In this document: positions 1-14,199 of the stretch, piece after piece
Layout of the letters: each line of letters starts with the position of its first letter
How positions within the stretch are numbered: position 1 is the first letter of the stretch
NCBI GenBank assembly: GCA_029953675.1
Contig: JAMWBK010000001.1
Location: forward strand, 2,108,001-2,172,000
Direction of reading: 5' to 3'
Source of the DNA: Rhodosorus marinus CCMP1338
Lineage: Eukaryota > Plantae > Rhodophyta
Length of the DNA stretch: 64,000 nucleotides
Notes under the pieces: generated by a model
What the model was told of the DNA's origin: nothing
The model's database searches: none
Seen by the model: only the letters and a program-made list of their open reading frames with translations
Translations under genes and position numbers: made by a program

Positions 1-107
1 GTGTCGACAACGGCAAACTTGCTTCTTAAAAAAAAAAGGACTGGTCGGTCGCCGGCTCCAGTGCGCGGTCGAACGAACCCGCGACGTGTCGACAACAGCA
101 AACTTGC
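1..107 (+). repeat. 22-bp imperfect direct repeat, 85-bp spacing, at window edge
   Basis: GTGTCGACAACGGCAAACTTGC (1-22) and GTGTCGACAACAGCAAACTTGC (86-107), one mismatch; may continue left of the window. Confidence 0.8.
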
Positions 108-3100
108 CTCTCCATAGTAAAAAGTCGGTAAGCACATGGAGATGCCGAGGAGCAAGTATGTATATCATGAGTATCTAGATACTCACACAACAATCTTCTG
201 TTTCTCCTGACATACAATGCATCACGCGCCGGCAGATGGGACATAAAAAAAAAACGCGGGAGCGAGAGTGAAGTCTGCTTGGCGTCTGTATTCACACGAT
301 CTGGAGACCTGAACAGAATTCTCCTGCCAGACCAGCGGCACCTCTTGACAAGCCCTTTGGCAAGCCCATCGGAAGTGGTGGTTTACCGATATCCGAGGGA
401 TTGCAACGGTGGTTTTACTAACATAGCCGAAAGTGCTACGCAGGGCGTACATCATACAAATTGGGAACGAGGAACAAAAGCATGCAGCCAAGACTGCGGT
501 AGCGAGCCTCTGCTAGTATGTACTAGAGTATCGCCACAAAGCGAGGCTGAACCGGCGTAGGAGGACAAGATACTTTGCTAGTAAACCACCGCCAGATACT
601 TGGCGGGATGGTAAGTGAAACATTCGCGAATCCACTCCAAGTTTGACTTTTCAAGGTGGTGTCACAAAGGCCTTCCACGACGAAAGGCTTGAACCTTTGC
701 GCCCTGCCGTCATCGCAGGGGAGACCGGCCACACGCGCAGCGTCATCGGCGCATCCTCTGTCGGCGAACAATAGAAATTACTGGACCTCGGCGGAGGGCA
801 GCAGATCGAAGATAGGTACTTGACACTGGGCAAGTGACGATCATGTCGACAGAATTCCCCCCCGCCTGGCGGCTGCGTCCGAAACCAGGAGGTTTTCAGG
901 GTGCACAGCGGTGGCCCGCGGGAGCCTAAGCCGATCCGGTAGCTCCGATTCGACTTCAACAGTTTAACCAACTCGGGTCAAACTTTCATTGATGTACTCC
1001 ATGCGCGTGTGGCGCCTCGTTCGGAGGGAATTCAGGAGTGCACACGAGCCCAGAAAGTGTGATAACAACCGTCAATACGATTCTGTAGCCTTGACAAAAG
1101 GTTGGTCGGTTGGATTGCTATAGGGCCTGGGGCAAGCCAGGTAGATTCGGACCGCAGTCCTGAACTGGAAGACGTCCAGATGCTGGCGAGGTGACGAAAG
1201 CAGGGTTGTCAACCACGGATGTGATAAGTGACCTCCTAACCCGCAACCGCGCCAGGGCCGTGGGTGGTGTGCGCGGGGAGTTCAGCAAGATCGCCGTGAT
1301 GGCCCCGGGTGAGACAACGAACGGTCCGCACTCTGCAGCGGGATACGGGCCGAAGGTTTCACACTGCATGCTATCCATCAAATATTTCAAGAAAAAAATT
1401 GCTCTCGAAGCGGATGTTGACAAAATGCGGGCGGAAAGCAAAGGATTGCACGCTTTTCCTAGTTGGGGCGATGGAAAGAGTTGAAGACATAAATTTTCCA
1501 GCATAGCCGAGCTGTTGTTTCTACGTTCCTGTTTAGACAAAACTTGTGTGTGACGGGGTGATGAGGCACCCAGCATGAGATTTCGAGCAGATGCGCCTGC
1601 GTTTTGATTTCGTGACGCACACGCCGTGTAGCAGCAAGATTCTCGACATCAATCACAAGCAGATATCCACTCGCGGATCCTCTCAAGTCTCGAATCGCAA
1701 GAAGGAACACAAGTTCAGGGATATCGCAAACCGGTCCCAAAGGAGTTTGATTGTTGTACCCACTAGGATTGAATGCACATTCCTCCCTTCAATAACGCAT
1801 TCAATCCTGGGTGGCTATCGGATTGGCCTTGTTGTCGATGATCTTGCTGCTAGATTTCGTATGTCCATAGTCCAGTAAACCGCGAAACGTGCTTTGTCCA
1901 TTTTTTCAGTACGGGCGGGAGAGGAGGGCGCGGATAGGATGTGGGGTTGCGCCCGAAAGATACCTCGCAATTTGAGCTTTCCTACTACATAGTCCCATAC
2001 CAGCCGTCATTGTCAAATTAGTGCAGCCCAATGAATAGCTCCCATTGAGCGACCAAGCGTCACTTTCATGCGATGGACAGGTTCTCGATAAAAGCTAATT
2101 ACGATGCCAAACTCCCAGACGAGTTAGTCATGACTTGTATAGTGATCCAGAAGGTTCAGTTTGAATCACGTCGTGCACGATCGCGCTTGCTTGTCTGTGT
2201 TTGGTGTTTTTGCATGTCCGCCCCGCGACACTTACGGAGATCCTCCACTGTGTCACGCTTTTCACGCTTTGCGTGACAGCAAATGTGAAGCACTTACAAG
2301 CACTTTCGAAAAACGACCAACGCCGAACGTCGAATGGGAGAAAACGTTGCCTCTGAACAAATCATAATCAAATTTCCAGCCTTATTTTGCGCTTCCGGGT
2401 CAGACCCTTTTCGGACAGCCTGGCAAACCCTACCTTCTTCTCAATCTTCTCGCTTGTCAACGTTATCATCCACATCAAATACTTTCCTGTCCGTGTCCCT
2501 TCAGCGACTTGCATAGTCTTTCTACCTTTGGTGTTTCCGATTCTGCACGCTCTCGGGACTTCATCGTGTCAGAGACTACGGTCAATTACTATGACTACAA
2601 AAGGTTGGTTTACGTCTGTGGTTTTGTTTGCTTATATTTGTCTCTCTGTTTCCGCCAAATTGTGCGTAGCTCTGGTAGGAACCAAATCGAATCGTAGCAA
2701 ACAAATTTGGAGATATAGCATATTCATTTTGCCAGTGCTAGTCTGTCTCCCATCTCCGCGTTGTTCTCAAATTCTGAACTTGAAAGGTATCAGCTTACAA
2801 ATAGGCAGGTAGATACATCTGCGGTTCCCGACGCGATTCCTCATAACCTTGACAGGGCTTGCGGCAACTCGATTTGTCGTCCATTCCTGAGCGGAACGTT
2901 TGGAAAACAAAGGGGCAACTCAGTCCCACTGTCACGTCCGACCAGCTGCTCCTACATCATCGAAGGCTTAATAGAGTAACAGAATGAAGAGAACTCCATT
3001 CCTCTCAGTCGTCTTCTCCGAATGCTCTCAGCCCCCGTGTCTGGGAAGCACTTTGAAACCGGATCTGTCCACACACAATGACCGCATTGCTAATCGAAGT

Positions 3101-4086
3101 ACGAAGCCGTAAATTCCAACGTATGCTCTAGCCGATGAATTCCAGCTCAGTACAGGCCAAGCCGCCTGCGACGCTTCTCCACAACCCCCGCTCGTAACTT
3201 TGCCATCCACAAACGCCTCCCTAAACTTGATCTGTCAACTAGCATTTTTGTGTGCTTCTAGCAGCGTAGATACCCAGAAGACAGGTGATACTGTCAAGCT
3301 CAGTATGAGCCCAGCTTCGATGCCTTTTTGCAAGCCCTGAAGTCTGTCTTTGTCAAACTCGTCCCCAACCTTGGCCGGGCATAGAACTGCACCACCAACC
3401 CAACCATTGGTGATAGATAGGCTCCAAGAAGATGACAAGCATCGACTTCATTCAACGAAGGAGCTTTCTGGTCCCTTCGTTTTTTTTGCTTTTCCGAAAT
3501 CCAGTTGCGGAAGGATCTGGAATCTTCCTTTCGTTTTGGTGAGAAAAATTTTAATGCCCATCCTTGACGAAGACGATGTACTCAGCTGCTTCGTCGTAAG
3601 GAATCAGCTTTGACCGTTCACTGCTACTATGTCCGTTGGCAAGGGTGTTCTGATGTGTAACCAGAGCGCTTGTCCAATGTCCTAGTTAGAAGTCCTGCAC
3701 GACATCTTTCAGAATTTTCTTGCTCTTCAGGACAGGAAAACAGCGCGAAGTTAATGCAAACCCTCCCACCCACCGTTGTCCATCCTCTACAAAACCATCG
3801 CGCTGGGCTGCTGGTCTGTCTACCGTTTCCAAAAAACAATTTCTGGCCTATAAATTGAGTGCACCGCTCTCAACTTTGTGGTTAAGGTCAACCGCTCATC
3901 CCTATGGTAAGATGCCGTCCAGCAAGCGGCCTGGGCGTTTCCTCCTAGAAGCTTGAACATCTAGCACGAGCGAGATAGTCGTTTCGGAAACAACGGCAAG
4001 GAGTGTTCTGGATGAGGCTGGTCTTCTCTCGATGACTAGTAGAGCCCAGTCTTGCTTGCTTCTGAGTATGCTCCTATTGTGTCCAA

Positions 4087-5044
4087 ATGAATTTTGTGAT
4101 AAGCTCTGGAAGTATCTCTGAACGAGATCGAAGAGGGAGACGAGTCTGTGCTGCAGCGAGAGAGCCCGACCCGCGCTTGAGTCGAGCGTTCGAGAGCGAG
4201 CCGGAGAAGCTACTGTCCATTAGGCAGGGAGTGAAGAAACTGAAGAATAACTTGACCAAAGCGATAAAGCTTGAGAAGTACCTCGACGCCGCCAAGTTTC
4301 GCGATGAAATTCGCGAGCTCTCCCTCCGCGAACCTTTCCTGCTCTATGAGCAGATGGAAACTGAGCTCGCGGAGGCTGAAAAGGAGGAGGATTATCAGAA
4401 GTGTATCGTATTGAGAGACTCTATGACTGAGCTGAGAGCTAGAATGCCACAGTTTCGTCTAAGTGGCTTTTGGGGAGGTAAAGATTTGCAAGGAATCATC
4501 GAACCCTGATGAGCAAGGACGGAGACTTCAGGCATACGTTGACAAAACCGATACATACTCTGTGCTTTTTGTTTCAGGAATATTTCCAGGAATAGGTTTG
4601 CAACGGATCCGTATCGATATTGAAGGGAAAACCCTAACCGCGACACAACTTCAAGGGGATAACCGGAAGCTCATCTCGGTGGTTCTGAGCACAGACAACC
4701 TGCTCGACGAGACGTCCGGGGAGAAGTTCCAAACGCTGAAGGACACGCTTCAGAAAACGTCTTACCATGACTTTATCATGCGTTTTAGGGGGGAGGCAGA
4801 GATTCTTGAAGTCGTCGGACAGCTACCCCCTCAGTTCGGGCCCGGTGGTGGGCAGCCACCGGGATCCTCACAGGATCCGAGTAGCGCCAAGGATCTTAAT
4901 CCTCCTTCAGGAGGTCAGCAGGCTCCAGAACTCCGAAAGAAGCTGATTCCAGCTCAGCTTGTGATCCTAGAGGAGAGAGCCATCGCCCTCTTATGGGAAG
5001 AGCTGAACGTCCTGGTTATCTTTGAGCCATCGCTAGAGCTCTAG
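4087..5044 (+). CDS. EXECUTER-like protein: putative plastid transit peptide, two UVR coiled-coil motifs, DUF3506/cyclin-D1-binding-like domain
   Basis: Model join(4087..4477,4578..5044) via a 100-nt GT..AG intron reconciles two ORFs in different frames. UVR-like AIKLEKYLDAAKFRDEI and AEKEEDYQKCIVLRDSM; the spliced junction gives GFWGGIFPGIGLQRIRIDIEGKTLTATQLQGD; C-terminal IPAQLVILEERAIALLW, as in DUF3506-type domains. N-terminus MNFV. Confidence 0.7.
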
Positions 5045-5766
5045 CTCAAGTCCACCGGTGACTGAAACAAACAAGAAAGTAGAACTCGTGCACAGAAGGA
5101 GAACTTTAAAAGAGCGAAATGGCATTTAGGGCACCGCTGGAGATCTCCCGAGAACCGTCCATGAGCGTCAAACCAACGTCTGTCCGCCTGGCAGCTTCCA
5201 TACGCACTAATCAAAACGAGGGAACGGAACATGGAACCAGTTTGGCTCTCAATCGGCACAACGAAGAGGGTCTTCCTCGCTTTGAAGCAGCGACGGTGAT
5301 GCTTAAACTGTCCACGAAGACCTAGCCGTCACAATTCCCACTCGAAAGCGATGGTCTTCTGCGGAGCCTCCAAAGCGCTCCTAAACGCCTTTCGTAAAGC
5401 TCGTAAGGGTGATATTTTCAATCTGTCTTAGCCGGCTTGTTCGAACCAGGACCCTTGGGGGCTTCCCTCCGGCCAAGCGCTTGTCGAAGTAAACGTCATC
5501 TCCGCCACGACTCTCTTGAATCGTACCCAAAGTGAGCTTACCAAAGCGGACTACGTTGGATGCTCTCTTCCTTGATCTGTTTACTTCGTCAGTGACCATC
5601 TAAGCCAATCCTGAAGGTCTCTCAGAAGCGCATTTCTTCCCCCTACACCGGCGCCCGGTTCGTCTGGTCTACCTACTTGACCTGCGAAATACGAACTGGG
5701 GGGTTGTGATGAGTAGGGAAGGGAGGGGGGCTTAGCGAACCGTATCGATCAAATGGATCTTCTGAT

Positions 5767-7301
5767 ATGATCTGCTTCCTCAACGCTCTGAGCGTATGCT
5801 CTAGATCGATATATGGACTGCGGTCCTGTCCATTACTCGCCAGAAAGCAGATCGCGAGGTTCTCTGTGGTGGATAGCTCGGGCGCGGTCGATGGGGACGC
5901 AGGCGATGAAGAAGGCGTGGAGAGCGACTTCTTCGAAATCTCTGAGCAAGAAGCTGACTTAAGGCTGGACAAGGTTAGGGTCACCAGGGCAAGGCTCGCA
6001 AGAAAGAAAAAAGCTTTTGTTTTCTCACTGATAAACTTTCCTCAGGTCCTGACGAACCGGTACAACGGATTCTCCAGAAACTACTTTGGAGAACTTATTA
6101 CTTCGAAAAAAGTGACCGTTGATGGCGACGTGTTGGTGAAAAAGGCGGCGAAGCTCAAGGAAGGTTCTAAAGTTGAAGTCACCTTCACAGAAACCAACGA
6201 CCCTTCCGTCATTGTACCATCCGATATCCCTATAAACATCATCTATGAGGACGAACACATCCTCGTGCTCAACAAGGACGCCGGAATGGTAGTCCATCCA
6301 GCTCCAGGTAAGCAGATCTCGTTCATTAGCCCCGAGAGCATTGTGGCAATGGGCTCATCGGCCTTTTCCAACTCTCGACTTTTGTCTTAAACAGGCAACT
6401 GGGATGGTACTCTGGTAAACGCTCTGGCTTTTCGTTATAAGGAACACTTCCTGGAGGGTCATGCGAATGAAATGCGCCCTGGTATAGTTCACAGACTGGA
6501 CCAAGGCACGTCTGGCGTAAGCATATAGCAGTGAATCCACCGATCGATCAAGTCCTTGCGTTTGTCAGCGAAATCTAAGATATGGTTGTAACCGCCCGCC
6601 CCGTTATTCTTCCAAGGTTATCATCGTTGCAAGGACTCCTGCGGCTACTCGGAATCTTCAGGACCAATTTCGCTTCAGAACGGTAAAGAAGAACTACCTC
6701 GCGGTGACTTGTAGGAATCCGTTCAGCAGAGGAACCGTCTCGATGAGGGTCAACCAGCCGATCGGAAGACATTCCACCCGTCGCACGGAGATGGCCATCG
6801 TCTCCGAGGAGTAAGAGAATAAATAGCCGGGTTTTCCCCTTTTCGTTGTGTGTGTGAGAGAGAGAGGCGTGGACTGAATTCAGATGTGCGAATCGCTTTC
6901 TTTTCAGGAACGGCGGAAGAACGTCTTCAACTGTATTCTACCACATTGCCTCGGACACAAGCGATATGACTTCCTTGCTTCAGGTCGCGCTTGAGACGGG
7001 CAGAACGCACCAGATCAGAGTCCACCTGAAGCACTTGAGAGCTCCCGTTCTAGGTGACGAGGTCTACGGCTACGAGACTTTCAACACGAGGGTTAGGAAA
7101 CACGTAAAAAGGCCGCTGCTGCACGCTTTTAGGCTTGAGGTTGACCACCCGATTACCGGAGAGCGGCTTCTCTTTCAGGCCAAACCTCCAAGCGATGTTG
7201 TGAGGGTCATTGAAGAGTCCATTCTGCCGGACTTCAGCTCCAACCTCAATGAATACCTGGCCATTGAGTCGACCACGGAGAAAATTATTAAGGACGGGTG
7301 A
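5767..7301 (+). CDS. RluA/RluD-family pseudouridine synthase with S4 domain, probably organelle-targeted
   Basis: join(5767..5973,6046..6307,6395..6516,6617..6810,6908..7301) = 1179 nt in frame. Motifs IIYEDEHILVLNKDAGMVVHP, RPGIVHRLDQGTSG (catalytic Asp), LETGRTHQIRVH, VLGDEVYG, LLHA. Confidence 0.93.
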
Positions 7302-8408
7302 AAGCGGATGCAGAGATGCACGTGTATGGGAAAGAAGGGTTTTCAGACAAACACTATATCCAGAACCCAGGAGATTCCTCTAGCGGGGACTCTATGCCCA
7401 CAGTCGATGCCATCCCTAACCCCCCGACGAGGGGTTTGAGGGAACATTGCTTCAAGGGTGGCCTAAACATATTCCATTCTGGTGTTGACCTCGGTCCACG
7501 GCTACTAGACTTCAACGTGAGGGTTCGGAAAAGAAAATTGTCCCACACCAACAACGAAGCATATTCGTGCATTACCAATGAGACGAACAGCTCAACCGCC
7601 GGACTCCCAGTCGGCTACTGAACCCGCCAATCGCAGGGTATGGAAGAAAGTCGTTTAAGTGTCATAATGAAGTGACTGTAATCTAGTCATTATGATTTAT
7701 CAGTTGTTCCAATTAATTTCTAGAATATCTATATTAGTCAATTTCTTATTAGAAGCTGATTGAACTCATATCGGACACTTAAATAGGTCTTACGGTTGCC
7801 ACACGTTTGTTTCAGATAGATGGGCTGGCACGGGTGGAGTTGCTCTTCCTCCTGACCAGGACTTGGGATTGTAGTCCGACTGAGCCGATCTGCATAGTTG
7901 CGCAGATCTTGTTCTTTCCTCTACGCCAAAGCAGATTTTAGAAAGAGAGGGCGAACCTGTTCAAGACGCAGGAGCCTTGCCATGTGGCAGTGAACGTTTC
8001 CCTGGCACGATCCGACCGACAGATACCAGGGATGCTGGACCAGACAACTAGATTCGATCTCCCGATTCTTCTTCGTACTCTTCGTACTTCAGTGAAGATC
8101 CGATAGATGATTTTGATATCTGTGCTCCTTCCTGACCAGTTTTTTGTCAAACCGGTAGTGCTTCCCATTGAGCAAGTGTTCTCGAGAGCACTCGGTCCTG
8201 GAGCTGGACGAGGAGGGAAGTGGGTTCCAAGAACAGTCTTTCAGCTTTTAACAAGCGATTCATTTTGGAGTGAATCGCTTGTTAAAATCCTCTGATGAGC
8301 AAAAATGTACTTTGGAAGAGCAATAGGTAAGTGTCAAACTGCAAAGCGGCTTCTTGTTCGGTAGTGGAGCCTGGACCTGACGGTTTGTTTTGGTAAGGGA
8401 AAAAAAAA

Positions 8409-9960
8409 GGTCCTTATGAGAGCGAGCTGGTGGCCAACGCACAGCTGCTGAGTAAATCTGGAGGTGGCATCCTGGCATCCGATGAGAGCACAGGGACGAT
8501 TGGAAAACGCCTAGTCTCTGCAGGTAAGGACTGTTCTCGCCCTACGAATCGTGAGAGATTGATCTGATGTCCTGAGTTCGATGCAGGTTTGGAAAACACT
8601 GAGACCACTCGGCGGGATTTTAGGGAGCTCTTGTACACTGGAGAGGAGCTCGGCAAATACCTGAACGGGGTCATTCTCTTCCACGAAACGCTCTACCAGT
8701 CCACTCGACGCGGCGAAAGGTTTGTGGACGTGCTCACCAAGCAGGGGATCCTGGTCGGAATCAAAGTCGACAAAGGACTCAAGCCGCTTCCAAAACATCC
8801 TGAAGAGACCTACACCGAAGGTTCGCTACCAAACCCTTACCGTCCATGTCTCCATGTAGAATTTTCACCTCACTGCTCCTGCCCTGGTGTTCGCTTTAGG
8901 ACTAGATGGTTTGGAGGATCGCTGCAAAGAGTACTACAAACAAGGAGCTCGTTTCGCGAAATGGAGGACAACGCTGAAGGTATACAGTTTTTGCATCTTG
9001 TCCGTCATAAATCAGGTCATTCCCTTTGACCTTTGCAACACCGATTTTTGTGCCAAACAACTCTAGATTGATGTCGGTAAGAGCCTTCCTTCCGAGGCCT
9101 GTATTGCTGTGAATGCCGCCGGACTGGCTGACTACGCAAGCATTGCACAGAAGAGTGGGCTGGTGCCGATCGTTGAACCAGAAATACTGATTGATGGAAC
9201 TCACGGCGTCGATATTTCGGCGGTTGTTGCGGAGCACGTAATCAGCGCAGTCTACGAGCAACTCCGAGTTCGACAGGTGCTCCTTGAGGGCACCCTCCTC
9301 AAGCCAATGATGATCCTTCCTGGCTCGTCTTGGCCTGAGAAAGTAAGTCCAGAGCTCGTGGCTGCAGTCACCATCAAGGCAATGCGCAGGTGCGTCCCAG
9401 CTGCCGTACCTGGAATCATGTTCCTGTCCGGCGGGATGTCAGAGGAGCAAGCTACGGTGAACTTGAACACGATCAATATTCTGGCAAAATCGGACGAGAA
9501 GGAGCTTATCTGCCCGTGGAGTCTTTCGTTTTCGTACGGTAGAGCTCTGCAGAGTTCAGTCCTTGGTACATGGGGGTACGGACTCCGGCCTTCAGAACTA
9601 TGGCATGTGGTTGCAGGCTAAATGTTGCTTGACCTCCTCTTATGATCGTATCGCAGTGGGAAGGAGGAAACTAGAGAAGACGCAAGGACAGTGGCAGTTT
9701 CGCTTGCTCGAGCGAATTCTCTGGCTCAACAGGGACTGTACGAGGTTAGTTTTAGCGGAGAAGTTCTCCTTCCGTCATCATGATCTGCATACTACATGAT
9801 GTGCACGAGAGCCCCTTAGCACAAGGGTGCTCAGCTTGAGAACCTTGAATCGTTTGTGTTTTCCACGTAGGGACCCCACCCGACCACTCTTCAAGTTTCC
9901 AATTTGATCGAGGGCTTCCGTGGCTGGAGAGATCCGGCAGATCCGGACCACAAGATCTGA
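8409..9960 (+). CDS. FBA: Class I fructose-bisphosphate aldolase (multi-exon; 5' end unresolved)
   Basis: Spliced exons give [52 protein letters not shown] (Schiff-base Lys), [19 protein letters not shown]; last exon [29 protein letters not shown] stops at 9960. The reading frame is closed upstream of ~8397, so the true start is not located. Confidence 0.93.
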
Positions 9961-10241
9961 CGATGTTTACTCTGAATTACTCTCGACGCCGATCGGTAGC
10001 TCTTGATTCATGAATCTTGCTCGGCACAAGGGAACATCACATGCTCTGGTTTACAGCCGCACCAAGCCCTTCCGCAGAGAGTTTTTGTATTTGTTACAGT
10101 TTAACTTTACTGCTGATTCAGCTTACATTTAAGTGGACTTTTGAGGTCCATTTTCAAAAAAACCGCCTTCGACAAACAAGCGTTTTGGTCTCGGAAGAAG
10201 CACACGAAAAATTTGCTTTGCTTCCAGTCTAATCCAAATTT

Positions 10242-10661
10242 CTATGAATCCACAAATTTCGTAGAGGAGTCGGTCATACTGATTCCGGAGGATACCTTGT
10301 ACTTACACACTGGACAGGTGTTTTTCCCCGCCAGGAGCCATGTATCAATACACTTCTTATGGAAGAAATGGAGGCACGGCAGAGCTCGTACAGGGGACCC
10401 GGCCTTGTATGCTTCCAAGCACACGTTACAGTTTCTCCTACATTGCTCCTCTGTCGTTGTCCATTCCGGCAGCAACGACAACTGCAAATCAGCTAGCTGC
10501 AGTACAAAATTCAAGACTGACACAGCATCTGTCTCCTCCAGCTCCGTCACCCGCACCTGATCTGTAGTATTCCACATTCTATCTACCGGACCGATGACTA
10601 TGCTATCGTTCTCCCCACTGGCGTCCGAGTCCACCGACTCCGCCAGCGCCCCGCGCCCCAT
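10242..10661 (-). CDS. RING-H2 finger protein (putative E3 ubiquitin ligase)
   Basis: CNVCLEAYKAGSPVRALPCLHFFHKKCIDTWLLAGKNTCPVC is a C3H2C3 RING. First in-frame ATG at 10661; the frame is open to 10823, so the start is uncertain. Confidence 0.85.
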   Translation of the reverse strand: MGRGALAESVDSDASGENDSIVIGPVDRMWNTTDQVRVTELEETDAVSVLNFVLQLADLQLSLLPEWTTTEEQCRRNCNVCLEAYKAGSPVRALPCLHFFHKKCIDTWLLAGKNTCPVCKYKVSSGISMTDSSTKFVDS

Positions 10662-12146
10662 TTCCAGGAAAAACCGGAGGTCGTCATTTCCGTCTTCCTC
10701 CGCAAACTCTATTCTCCGCGAGCGGTGTCCGGGCCCGAACAGGCGACCCCGAAGGCCACGCTTTGGAGGCCCAAATCGACCCCGCCGTCTCCGACGACTC
10801 CCATCAAACCAAGACAACATCACGCGCCCTACCTAGATCCTCCTCAAACAATTTCCCCCCGCTCCAACCCCATTTCAGTTCCAAGCCAGGACCCCAAATA
10901 CGGTCTCGTTCTCCACTTCTCCAACCCTCTCACAACCCCCACTCACCTCCAAGAAAGACTACTGCCTCTCCCGCTCCTTATATACCCAAACCAAGCAGGC
11001 GGCACAAATCAACAACAAACTCAGAAAGAAGAAGTCCGTTTTCTTGAAAAGTACTAAACCAATGTTACCTGGTATTTTTCTTCCAAAACTCTACCATCTC
11101 GGGCCCCCAATAAAAGTCAGTTTTCCAGATACATCCGTCTAGAAAGGAAACGCCAAACAAGCAGGAGTTTACCATCATGACATAACCTTCTCCCTCCTCT
11201 TTCTTCAAAAATTCTATGTTAAAGTCCTACGTCTGTAAGTAGTAGGTGAAAAAATCCCGTTACGAAGATTTTCCAAGTTTCATTTTTTAATTGAAATTAG
11301 AATAATACGGCCACGGAGTGCTCTGGCGTTTCACGTCAACAGGTTATCCCAAAACTCTAAGCCCCTAATTCCTCTACCCCCCTATTCTGGAAGAAGCAAT
11401 CCTGCGAGTTCCTTACTATTTTAAATAATTTCAATCTGTTGTAATCACTAGTGATTTTGTACTACCCGTAAAACTTTATTATGCTTATGGTTGGGAAAAG
11501 CGGAATATGATCCTACCCCTTGCGAATTTTGGCTTGATTCGACGAAATCTTTTTCCTGCTTTTTTTTAGTTTGGATATGAGAAACTTCCGAATCTCAGAA
11601 AGGGCTGGAAATAGTGGGCAAGCGGACCCAAAGTTGTATTTCCGAAATTTGTAGTCGTTGCGAGTATAATATGCGACATTAATTATTTATTGTCGCGAAT
11701 TTAACTATTTATATGAACGGATGTTGTGGTTGGTTCAACTACCGCCAGAGTTCTGGCTGGGCAGAGCTGGTCTTTGGAAGAGAATGCTATAGATAAGCGA
11801 TTTTCTAGTGTTAGGCTCCAGCGTCTGATCGCTCGTTAACCCATTTTTGGCGTTGAGTTTGACTGCGGCAACGGAACAAGAGTGTGGTGCGCCGAGCGAA
11901 AGGGATTACGTGGCGGAAGGAGCCTCCCACACATACCCAAAGACGACGCAATCGACGCGGGAGGGAACGCTTCACACGTGAAACTGACGGTTCTGTGAGA
12001 AACCACCTCTCCCTAGGGACGCAGAGCTGGGACTGATCTGATCAGAGCTGGTAAACTCCTGCACTGCTTTTTAATCATGCCGAGACGTTCCTTCTCTTTG
12101 GAAATAGTTGAATTCTACTGCACTTAACCTTTCGACTGCAGTACTG

Positions 12147-12300
12147 AAATGAACGCTTGCTTCCAGGATCATGCGGCACGAACGCTATTGCTCCGCTTCA
12201 CATACTGAATTCGCAAGTACCACCCATTCTTCAATGACTATTGTCATCAACCTAGCAGGACAACTACGTCTATGAGTTCCGCAGCGGACGTGGAAGCCTA
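12147..12300 (+). repeat. Decayed dispersed repeat, copy A (homologous to 15353-15490)
   Basis: TGCTTCCAGGATCATG...GAATTCGCAAGTACCACCCATTCTTCAATGA...GAGTTCCG aligns by eye at roughly 70% with copy B in the same orientation; stops and frameshifts present. Confidence 0.75.
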
Positions 12301-12438
12301 ATTAGACCCTCAAACCAAAAATTCTGGCACGGCCTTCCATTATCGTCTCCGAGGTGGAATTAGGACACGGGAGTCCGACTTTACATGGGGGTGGTGTCCC
12401 TCTCTCGTCCGCTTGCACTTGACACCAAAGCACGACAA

Positions 12439-13971
<1,533 letters not shown>

Positions 13972-14199
13972 CTCGAAAAAATACCTCACTCCCCCTTCCC
14001 CCCCTCCCCCTCAAAAACAATAAAGATGTTCCTCACTCCCTATCTTCCCGCTTCTACCAGAACTCCTAAACGGCCCTCCCAAATCTCCCCCCACCCCTGT
14101 CTCCTCTGCAGTTTTCCCCAGTCACCTTCCCCATGACCGTGAGACACTACCTGAGCCTCAATTCCAACCTTCCACAATGAAAAAACAGTATTGGGCACT

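Noticed and set aside
3301-3690. Gypsy gag-like SFDAFLQALKSVF and chromodomain-like CYYVRWQG in one stop-riddled frame
   Set aside because: The motifs are too short and degenerate, with no RT or integrase nearby. A profile search would be needed.
100-4000. Numerous 60-150 aa ORFs on both strands
   Set aside because: No recognisable motif or consistent splice model; probably decayed TE or pseudogene DNA.
11960-11985. Minus-strand GTGAAGCGTTCC matching the U6 snRNA 3' region
   Set aside because: No ACAGAGA box or remaining U6 sequence upstream; a chance 12-mer.
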